From: Oligoflexales bacterium
GTDB lineage: Bacteria; Bdellovibrionota_B; Oligoflexia; Oligoflexales; Bog-1112
Length of the DNA: 28,978 nucleotides
Reading direction: 5' to 3'
Assembly (NCBI GenBank): GCA_045105515.1
Contig: JBGCDR010000158.1
Location: 1-28,978, forward strand
Shown here: positions 18,487-26,347 of the stretch, piece after piece
How positions within the stretch are numbered: the first letter of the stretch is position 1
Layout of the letters: every line of letters starts with the position of its first letter
Translations under genes and position numbers: made by a program
Notes under the pieces: model-generated
The model's input: the letters and a program-made list of their open reading frames with translations, nothing else
What the model was told of the DNA's origin: nothing
Database searches by the model: none

Positions 18487-20199
18487 ATGGAAGAGAGAAA
18501 TGCTGTCTTGTATGATGGTGCGACAATTCAAGAAGCCATTCATTCTATTGATCAAGCTGTTTCAAAAGGCGGTGAATCTGGAATAGCAGTAGTGCTTGAT
18601 TCTAAGAAAGTCTTGCAAGGTGTTATTACCGATGGGGATATTCGAGGAGCGATTTGTAAAGGCATTAGCTTTAATAAACCAGTTGAATCAATAATGTCAA
18701 AATATCCAGTTTGCATACAAAGAGGTTTTGAAAATAACTCGGCGCGAAGAATATTGAGCCAACTTAGGGAAAAGAAAGTTAGTGTAAGTAATGTAGTATT
18801 GGTGGATGAAGAAAATCGATATCTTGATCTCTTGAATATTAACTCCCTATTTCTTCATGATGATGTTTGGCATAAAAAAATAGCCGTTTATGGTTTGGGG
18901 TTTGTAGGCCTTACCTTGGCTCTTGTTTTGGCAGAGGATGGATTATTTGATGTTGTAGGCTTAGATATCAATAAAGATGTGGTAAATACACTAAATTCAG
19001 GGAAAGCCACTTTTTTTGAAAAAGGTTTACAATCCCTATTAGAACAGACCCTATCAACTGAACATCTTTCAATTCTTCACGCTGAAAGTTGCGAGGCTGA
19101 TGTACATATTATTTCCGTGGGAACTCCTCTGGATAAGGATAATAAACCGGACTTTTCATATTTAAATATCGCCGCAAGAAATATTTCCAAGGTTTTGAAA
19201 GAGCACGATTTAGTAATTTGTCGTTCAACTGTACCCGCAGGAACAACAAGAAAATTCCTCATACCACTTCTTGAACAGTTATCAGGATTGAAGGCATCAA
19301 AAGATTTTAGTGTTGCGTTCGCCCCCGAGAGAACTGTCGAAGGTAATGCACTGATGGAATTGAGGTCATTGCCGCAAGTTGTGGGAGGACTAACTAGAAA
19401 TTGTGTCGAAAAAGCTTCGGCATTATTTAAAAAAATTACTAGGACAGTTATACCGATGGAATCATTGGAGGCTGCGGAAATAGTCAAATTAATAAATAAT
19501 ACTTATCGAGATGTGATATTTTCCTTTGCGAATGAGGTTTCATATCTATGTGACAACTATAATTTAGAAGCGTTAAAATTAATTTCAGCCGCAAATGAGG
19601 GGTATCCAAGAAATCCAATTCCTATGCCTAGTCCAGGGGTTGGTGGCATATGCCTATCTAAGGATCCCTATTTGTACTGTTACCATGAAGCAGACAATAT
19701 GTTTGCGCCCATCAACTATGGAAAATATAGCAGGGAGACAAATCAATTAGGGGTGGAATATGTTCTCCATCAAATTGATAGATTCATGAATATGCATCCT
19801 GACATTGATGCTACGAAAGTTATGATTGTTGGAATTGCCTTTAAAGGAAAGCCTGAAACCTCTGATCTGAGGGGTTCATTGGCGATAACGTTGTCGAAAA
19901 GGCTTGTAAATAGGGGTTATAGTGTAAGTGGATTTGATGCTGTTGTCGGAGCAGAAGAAATCTCAAAACATGGGATAAATCCTCTTAGTTCATTATCTGA
20001 GGGGTTTGCATCTTGTAATATTTTCCTCTTTATGAACAATCATGAGGAAAACATGAACTTCGAGTTATTTAGTGAACTCAAAAGGGTAAATAGGCCAGCT
20101 CTTTTCTTTGATGGTTGGGGGCAATTCAATCGTAACGAAATTGAAGATGTGCCGAGAATGGTTTATGCGACAATGGGATATATCACAGGAAAAGACTAG
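18487..20199 (+). CDS. CBS-domain-containing nucleotide-sugar 6-dehydrogenase (UDP-glucose/GDP-mannose dehydrogenase family, WecC-like)
   Basis: The first ~125 aa look like a CBS pair (LQGVITDGDIRGAI, VESIMS, VLVDEENR). Then GLGFVGL, SVGTP, RSTVPAGTT, APERTVEG, AEIVKLINNTYRD, GVGGICLSKD (catalytic Cys), AFKGKPETSDLR. ATG at 18487, or GTG at 18481. Confidence 0.9.
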   Translation: MEERNAVLYDGATIQEAIHSIDQAVSKGGESGIAVVLDSKKVLQGVITDGDIRGAICKGISFNKPVESIMSKYPVCIQRGFENNSARRILSQLREKKVSVSNVVLVDEENRYLDLLNINSLFLHDDVWHKKIAVYGLGFVGLTLALVLAEDGLFDVVGLDINKDVVNTLNSGKATFFEKGLQSLLEQTLSTEHLSILHAESCEADVHIISVGTPLDKDNKPDFSYLNIAARNISKVLKEHDLVICRSTVPAGTTRKFLIPLLEQLSGLKASKDFSVAFAPERTVEGNALMELRSLPQVVGGLTRNCVEKASALFKKITRTVIPMESLEAAEIVKLINNTYRDVIFSFANEVSYLCDNYNLEALKLISAANEGYPRNPIPMPSPGVGGICLSKDPYLYCYHEADNMFAPINYGKYSRETNQLGVEYVLHQIDRFMNMHPDIDATKVMIVGIAFKGKPETSDLRGSLAITLSKRLVNRGYSVSGFDAVVGAEEISKHGINPLSSLSEGFASCNIFLFMNNHEENMNFELFSELKRVNRPALFFDGWGQFNRNEIEDVPRMVYATMGYITGKD

Positions 20200-20204
20200 T
20201 TGAA

Positions 20205-21050
20205 ATGGTTTATATTGCTACACTAGATGAAAAAAGTTTTGAGTTTATAGATGGGGCAGCTAAAAAGTATGTTGTTGAGTTGCCTGGTAAGGAGCAATTA
20301 AAGTGCTGGCATACAACCAAAGACGCATATAACCAGGTGAAAAAGGGTGCTGTTTTATGGGCCTCTGGGGGAGGTACTTACTTAATAAATGATGAATGGA
20401 TTCCATTGGTAAAAAGAGATGGGAGCAGCCCTACAAATCCTAATAAATTGACGATCGCAACAGGTAGAGCAGATTCAATTGAAGAGCTTTATTGTCCAGA
20501 TAAGATTGCCAGAGAGCTTTTTGAGGAAATTATAATCCTTGAGGGTGGCAATATTATCGCTCCCATTTTTTGTGAAAATAGTTTTCCTCTTAGTAATGAA
20601 CAGATCCAGGAAGTGATAAGCGGGTCAGCTGTCGCAGCAGGGATCAAGTATGATAATGTGGAAGCTGTACCCGCTACCGTCCCACATGATATGAGCTCAG
20701 ACACGATTGTAGTGAAATCTACAGATGGTTTGATTAATAATGTAATAGAGAGTTTTTTGCACTATGAGAAAGATACTGGAGAGGTTAATTTCCTAGCTGT
20801 TGTAAAACTAAATCTTCAAGATATTTCAGTCTGTTCATTTAAAGATGCTGAAGTAGTTGTTGATGATCAAAAATCTTCAATTTTAGATAGAGAGATATAC
20901 CTTTTTCATCTTCCAACAAAAAAGTTATACAGCACATCAGCTGATGGAAGCTTGTATATGGAGGAAGAAAAGTTAATTTCATTGACGCCACACGCTAGAT
21001 ATCTGATCGATTTGATTGAAAATAAGCTAGATAAGGAGCAGAGATGGTAA
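20205..21050 (+). CDS. Hypothetical protein with a divergent Nudix box (putative nucleotide-sugar pyrophosphatase)
   Basis: LVKRD...PNKLTIATG-RADSI-E-ELYCPDKIA-RELFEE is G-x5-E-x9-RELFEE, against the canonical G-x5-E-x7-REUXEE. Tightly coupled to both neighbours. Confidence 0.65.
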   Translation: MVYIATLDEKSFEFIDGAAKKYVVELPGKEQLKCWHTTKDAYNQVKKGAVLWASGGGTYLINDEWIPLVKRDGSSPTNPNKLTIATGRADSIEELYCPDKIARELFEEIIILEGGNIIAPIFCENSFPLSNEQIQEVISGSAVAAGIKYDNVEAVPATVPHDMSSDTIVVKSTDGLINNVIESFLHYEKDTGEVNFLAVVKLNLQDISVCSFKDAEVVVDDQKSSILDREIYLFHLPTKKLYSTSADGSLYMEEEKLISLTPHARYLIDLIENKLDKEQRW

Positions 21051-22000
21051 ATATTATCGCTGAATTTTGCCAGAATCATAACGGTGACTACAGTATACTA
21101 AAAGAGATGATATATGCAGCTGCTGAGGCAGGGGCTACTCATGGTAAAATCCAGTCAATTTTTGCTTCTGATCTAACTAAAAGAGATAGATTTGAGACAG
21201 GTTTAGTTGAAAAAGGGATTACTAAGGTTATCAAGAGACCCTACAGAAGTGAATATGAGCGACTTAAAAAGCTTGAATTGGATTATGAACACCATAGTAA
21301 ATTCATCAGTGACTGTAATAAAGCCAATCTAAAACCCCTTACAACCTGCTTTACTCAGTCTTCTATTGACTATCTTTCTAAATTTGACTGGGAAGCAATC
21401 AAAGTTGCCAGTTATGACTGCAGCTCTTATCCTATGCTAGAGAGGCTAAGTAAAATATTTCCCAAAGTTGTAGTATCTACTGGGGCAACCTTTGACGAGG
21501 AAATTGAAGGAGCAGCTAAAATATTAAATGAAAGCGGTAGTAAGTGGTGTTTTCTTCACTGTGTGACAATTTATCCTACGCCATTAGATCATCTTAATCT
21601 TAAGCGTATGGAGTATCTAAAGAAATATTCACCTGAAGTTGGCTTAAGTGACCATTCATTAGTGTCCAAGGATGGTGTTAAAGGCTGCTTGGCTGCTATT
21701 TTTTTGGGCGCGCAATGGCTTGAGAGACACTTTACCATACTCCCTGAATCAGAGACTAAAGATGGGATTGTATCCATTAGGCCAGAGCATATTACTGAGA
21801 TTTTAACTTTTTCAAAGTACAACAAAGCAGAGAAGGAAGCCTATATTAAGGAGCACATTCCAGAATTCGAACAAATGATTGGTAATGAAACTCGAAGCCT
21901 TACTCCTGCTGAATTATTAAATAGAGATTATTACAGAGGTCGATTTGCAGCACATGTCGGCGATAAAGTAGTTTATAACTGGGAATCAATGAATACATAG
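21044..22000 (+). CDS. Divergent NeuB-family PEP-dependent ulosonate synthase lacking the SAF domain
   Basis: IIAEFCQNHNGD, KIQS, KVASYD, STGA, LHCVTIYP, GLSDHS, LERHFT. Ends at 318 aa with no KRPG-containing SAF domain. Confidence 0.88.
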   Translation: MVNIIAEFCQNHNGDYSILKEMIYAAAEAGATHGKIQSIFASDLTKRDRFETGLVEKGITKVIKRPYRSEYERLKKLELDYEHHSKFISDCNKANLKPLTTCFTQSSIDYLSKFDWEAIKVASYDCSSYPMLERLSKIFPKVVVSTGATFDEEIEGAAKILNESGSKWCFLHCVTIYPTPLDHLNLKRMEYLKKYSPEVGLSDHSLVSKDGVKGCLAAIFLGAQWLERHFTILPESETKDGIVSIRPEHITEILTFSKYNKAEKEAYIKEHIPEFEQMIGNETRSLTPAELLNRDYYRGRFAAHVGDKVVYNWESMNT

Positions 22001-22011
22001 GGATCTTTGTA

Positions 22012-22731
22012 ATGGAACACAATATATTAGGAGTCATTCCGGCTAGGGGTGGATCTAAGGGGATTCCAGATAAAAATATATATCCTTTATGTGGAAAACC
22101 TTTAATAGCTTATACAATTGAATCGGCGAAGAAATCGAAGCTTTTTAGTGATCTGATAGTGTCAACTGATTCAGAACAAATAGCTGAAATTGCGAGTAAA
22201 TGGGGTATTGATATTCCATTTATCAGACCATCACAGTTCGCTACAGATACTGCTCATGCAGTAGATGTAATGAAGCATGCCCTATATGAAATGGAAGGAC
22301 AAAGTGGCAAAACTTATGAATTTATAGCTATGTTACAACCAACTACACCCTTAAAAGATGTAGAAGATATTGATGCATGCCTTAAAAAAATCATAGAAAC
22401 AGGCTGTGACTCAGTCGTTTCACTTGTAGATGTAGGCGCCAATCACCCTGCAAGAATGTATACTGTAAACAAAAAGGAACAATTAGTATCGATATTTGAT
22501 GAGGGAGTTGCCATGAAACCGCGACAAGAGCTGCCCCCTGTCTATATTCGAAGTGGTGCTGTATATGTAACCAAAAGAAATATTTTGCTTGAACACAATA
22601 GTTTAATCGGGAAGGACTGTAGAGCGTATATCGTTCCACAAAGCAGGTCAGTTAACATTGATGAGTATCAAGATATTGTATTGGCAGAATATTATGTAAA
22701 CGAAAAACTAAAAAGACATAATCATGTATAG
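22012..22731 (+). CDS. neuA: Acylneuraminate (CMP-ulosonate) cytidylyltransferase, second copy
   Basis: IPARGGSKGIPDKNI, VSTDS, PFIRP, LQPTTPL, RQELP, GAVY, SVNIDE. Confidence 0.92.
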   Translation: MEHNILGVIPARGGSKGIPDKNIYPLCGKPLIAYTIESAKKSKLFSDLIVSTDSEQIAEIASKWGIDIPFIRPSQFATDTAHAVDVMKHALYEMEGQSGKTYEFIAMLQPTTPLKDVEDIDACLKKIIETGCDSVVSLVDVGANHPARMYTVNKKEQLVSIFDEGVAMKPRQELPPVYIRSGAVYVTKRNILLEHNSLIGKDCRAYIVPQSRSVNIDEYQDIVLAEYYVNEKLKRHNHV

Positions 22732-23689
22732 AATATTAAATTTAGATCCTAAATCCTTCAAAGGAGCATCTCTTGATTTATTAATGCTCAACGCTCAGAT
22801 CGACAGCCATGAACAAATTGGAAATATCGATAGAGAGCTTACTAAAAAATATTTAGGTATGGTATGCAGGTTGGGAGTGACCCTAGACGCTCAAATCCTA
22901 TCTAGATTCGAAAACCTATCATTTATAGCAACAGTAACAACTGGGTTGGATCATATTGATCTAGATTATTGTGATAGAAATAATATAAATGTCATCAGTC
23001 TAAAAAATGAAAAACAGTTTCTACACACTATTCGAGCCACTCCGGAACATACATGGGCACTTTTACTAGCGTTACTCCGCCGAATAGAGCCTGCTTTCCA
23101 GTCCGTTAAAGAACAGCGGTGGGAACGCCAAAATTTCTTTGGAAGAGAACTCTTTGGAAAGAAGATTGGGATCATTGGTTTTGGCAGGGTAGGTTCGATT
23201 ATAGGAAGGTATGCTAATGCATTTGGAATGGAAGTCATTGCAAATGATATAGTTGATATTATGCCAGGAGATTTTCTTGTTCGTCAGGTAAGCTTAAACC
23301 AGTTGTTAGAGGATTCTGATATTGTAACTGTGCATGTACCCCTAGAATCAGATACTGCAAATTTAATAGGATACAATGAGCTATCATTGATGAAAAGAAG
23401 TTCTTTTCTAGTAAATACCTCCAGGGGAGCCATAGTTAATGAATCAGCATTGATAAAAGCCCTTGAAAATTCGATTATTGCAGGTGCGGCAGTTGATGTA
23501 CTGTCAGACGAAACAAAACCTAATTATCACTATAGTAGTAACAAGATGATCTCTTTCGCAGCATCAAGCGAAAATCTATTAATAACTCCACATATTGCTG
23601 GGAGTACAATAGAATCAATGGAGAACACCTCGTTATTTATAGCAAAAAAGATTGTAAAGATTCTAGAAAGACTAAAATATGAGTTATGA
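22724..23689 (+). CDS. D-isomer-specific 2-hydroxyacid dehydrogenase (SerA-like, no ACT domain)
   Basis: TTGLDHID, GIIGFGRVG, VTVHVPL, LVNTSRG, AAVDVL, ITPHIAG. Confidence 0.92.
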   Translation: MYRILNLDPKSFKGASLDLLMLNAQIDSHEQIGNIDRELTKKYLGMVCRLGVTLDAQILSRFENLSFIATVTTGLDHIDLDYCDRNNINVISLKNEKQFLHTIRATPEHTWALLLALLRRIEPAFQSVKEQRWERQNFFGRELFGKKIGIIGFGRVGSIIGRYANAFGMEVIANDIVDIMPGDFLVRQVSLNQLLEDSDIVTVHVPLESDTANLIGYNELSLMKRSSFLVNTSRGAIVNESALIKALENSIIAGAAVDVLSDETKPNYHYSSNKMISFAASSENLLITPHIAGSTIESMENTSLFIAKKIVKILERLKYEL

Positions 23690-24326
23690 CGTTTTTGTCT
23701 TTGACTGGGATGGAACTCTTGTCGATTCAATGAAGTTCAAAATTAACAATCTAGCAATTTTGTTAAATGATGAATATAAAGCTGACAGGAATGATGTACG
23801 TATGAGTTATGAGGCTCATTCTGGAATTCCTAGAAAACAGCTTTTTAAAAAGATAATTAATGAAGTTGCTAATTTTGATATCAGTGAAAGCGACTTTAAT
23901 AGATTATCTATAAAATTTACAGATATGAATAGAGAAACATATTTGAAAAATGGACTAAAACTATTTCCGGATGCCGAAGTCATGCTAGAAAAATTAAGAG
24001 AAAAAATAAACGTAAAGATATATATATCTTCGTCGGCTAGCCAAGAAGAGCTGGATGCAGCTGTTAAAAGCGCAGCATATATGTATAGATTTAATGGTAT
24101 GTTTGGTAGTAAGGAAGGCTTTTCGAAGGGGATAGAGCATATTAGTAGAATTAAGAAGTTAGAGCAGTGCAATAGCGATCAGATATTATTCGTTGGAGAT
24201 GATAAAAATGATGTTCGTTTAGGACAGCAGGCTGGAGTTGATACAAAAAGAATTTTGAGAAAAACAGATGCTAAGGATAGTAGCAAGTTTTTAGGCACTC
24301 TTAGTGAGCTTCTTCAATATACGTAA
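23679..24326 (+). CDS. HAD-superfamily phosphatase
   Basis: Motif I FDWDGTLVDS, motif II ISSS, a Lys in FSKG and motif IV FVGDDKND. Confidence 0.9.
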   Translation: MSYDVFVFDWDGTLVDSMKFKINNLAILLNDEYKADRNDVRMSYEAHSGIPRKQLFKKIINEVANFDISESDFNRLSIKFTDMNRETYLKNGLKLFPDAEVMLEKLREKINVKIYISSSASQEELDAAVKSAAYMYRFNGMFGSKEGFSKGIEHISRIKKLEQCNSDQILFVGDDKNDVRLGQQAGVDTKRILRKTDAKDSSKFLGTLSELLQYT

Positions 24327-24522
24327 ATAAATTTAAACCAAGTAGGCTTTGATATAAAATGAGTTATAGATGAATAATGCCTTAATATCGAATCTATTTT
24401 TCCTAATGATTGGTTTTGGCAATCTTTTCAGAAGCAAACATGACTTGAAAATTTAAATATTTTAGATTATTTAGCAGTTTTTGAATCTAGTAATATCTGA
24501 TCACTTATATCGAGGTTGCAAA

Positions 24523-25323
24523 ATGAGAAACGATGAACTGAAAGAATTTTACAACGAAATATATATTGGTGACAAGAATGAACATTTCTTAAAGTACAGA
24601 AATAATCAGGATGTCGGAAATGTTCATCAACTTGTTTATTCTTGGCTAGAAGAGCAAAATCTTTCAGGCAGCTACGAAATTTTAGATTTTGGTTGTGGTG
24701 AGGGTGGATTTCTAGGTAATTTAAATGGATGTAGGAATGGTGTTGGGTTAGATTATAGCTCAGTCGCAATTGAGACGGCAATAAACCGATACCCCAATGT
24801 GCAGTTTATTCTAGATGATATCACTGCAATTTCTCAGTTTACCAACAAGTTTGATGTTGTAACTTCCTTTGGGACAATCGAACATGTCGATGATCCAGTT
24901 GAAACTTTAAAATCTTTGAGTCTCGCTCTTAAAGATAATGGTATAATGATTATTTCATGCCCTTCATTTTTAAATATTAGGGGTGTAATATGGATGACTT
25001 TGGTATCATTATTTGATGTTCCGATGTCACTGAGTGATAAGCACTTTATCACAATACAAGATTTTAGAGATTATACTCAAGAATTGGATCTCAACCTAAT
25101 AGACTACCAATCGGTTGATTTTGATGTTGCACAAGGATCGTATTTTGAAAAGGATATGTCAAAGCGTCTAAATAATGCACTAAGAGACAATAGTATGGAT
25201 AATAAATACGTTTCGAGCTTAATTGAATGGGTAGAACGAAATAAAAAAGACTTCCCGGTAAATGAATACTCAGGAGCCGAAATGGTATATTTTATTAAAA
25301 AAATAAGAACTAATAAGTCCTGA
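24523..25323 (+). CDS. Class I SAM-dependent methyltransferase
   Basis: ILDFGCGEG, GLDYS, FDVVTSFGTIEHVDDP. ATG at 24523 preceded by GAGG, preferred over TTG at 24481. Confidence 0.88.
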   Translation: MRNDELKEFYNEIYIGDKNEHFLKYRNNQDVGNVHQLVYSWLEEQNLSGSYEILDFGCGEGGFLGNLNGCRNGVGLDYSSVAIETAINRYPNVQFILDDITAISQFTNKFDVVTSFGTIEHVDDPVETLKSLSLALKDNGIMIISCPSFLNIRGVIWMTLVSLFDVPMSLSDKHFITIQDFRDYTQELDLNLIDYQSVDFDVAQGSYFEKDMSKRLNNALRDNSMDNKYVSSLIEWVERNKKDFPVNEYSGAEMVYFIKKIRTNKS

Positions 25324-25346
25324 AATTAAATAGATAAGTCAGCAAC

Positions 25347-26315
25347 TTATGCTAAGAAACCTTTATAAACTAGGCAATCTGAAATTAGGTTATTTTCGAC
25401 TAAATCATTGTATTCCTTAGAAATCCTTGCTGCTAATCGATTAATTTCTATTTCTACCTCAGTATTACTGATAGTAGGCTCAGGCCAGTTTAGAGCCAAG
25501 TCCGCAGAAGGTTGAGGGATATTATTTCTGACCCAGTGAATTTGATTGAAAAAAGGGTACATCTGAAACCCACTTACAGTACCTTCAAATCCAGCTTCTG
25601 AAAATAAATGTTGTAATGAAGTAGCCGTGAAGTAGTGAATATGAGCTTTATGATAGTAAAAATTCTTGTATCTTGGGGCATTGAGGTGCTTCAATAGGGC
25701 ATCTTTGTGATTAGGAACTTCTATATTAATATAACATTTTGGTTTCAATAATTTTTTTAACTTCATAATGAAATGAAAAGGCTTAGATATATGTTCTAAA
25801 ACTTCAAAGCTGGTGATTATGTCAAAAAAATGGTCAGGTAATTCCGAATTTTCAAAGTATGAATGAAGTATTTTAGCATCTGGAAAACGTGGACTTAAAA
25901 AGTTTACATCTCTTTCATTTGGTTCAACAGCCCATACCTCTACACCTTTTTGTTTAGCAACTTGAGATAAAACGCCACCAAAAGAACAGCCCACTTCTAA
26001 GTACTTAGTTTTTCCGTCTAATTTTTCCTTAAACTGGGAAAATTGGCGTAGGTTTAGATCTTTATATATTCTCAATAGTTCTTCAGGTTTGTCAGATTTT
26101 CCAATTGTAGCTGAAAAATCGTCTCTATATTTGGTGTCATAATAGCCTTGGGCCTCCCAAAATTCTAAATCTAGGATGCCATGGCCAGAATTTTTTTCCA
26201 CCCAAAGCAGAGCTTCTCGTCCATCACGAAGAACTATATTTTCTGTATTGAATGAATCTGCGCTAAATATTTCGTCTAATCCTGTTTGTTGCAATAACTC
26301 ATTGACTTTAGACAT
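25347..26315 (-). CDS. Class I SAM-dependent methyltransferase
   Basis: YLEVGCSFG, VEPN, FDIITSFEVLEHI, IEVPN, HIHYF. AGGAG lies upstream of the ATG. Confidence 0.88.
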   Translation of the reverse strand: MSKVNELLQQTGLDEIFSADSFNTENIVLRDGREALLWVEKNSGHGILDLEFWEAQGYYDTKYRDDFSATIGKSDKPEELLRIYKDLNLRQFSQFKEKLDGKTKYLEVGCSFGGVLSQVAKQKGVEVWAVEPNERDVNFLSPRFPDAKILHSYFENSELPDHFFDIITSFEVLEHISKPFHFIMKLKKLLKPKCYINIEVPNHKDALLKHLNAPRYKNFYYHKAHIHYFTATSLQHLFSEAGFEGTVSGFQMYPFFNQIHWVRNNIPQPSADLALNWPEPTISNTEVEIEINRLAARISKEYNDLVENNLISDCLVYKGFLA

Positions 26316-26347
26316 GGTTTCTCCTGAGGATTATTCTTATATAAAAG

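Noticed and set aside
8636..24326. Reading Gfo + DegT + HAD as a kanosamine/AHBA (NtdABC or RifKLM) antibiotic pathway
   Set aside because: The HAD is in a different operon more than 12 kb away, there are no PKS, kinase or exporter genes, and the context is surface-glycan synthesis.
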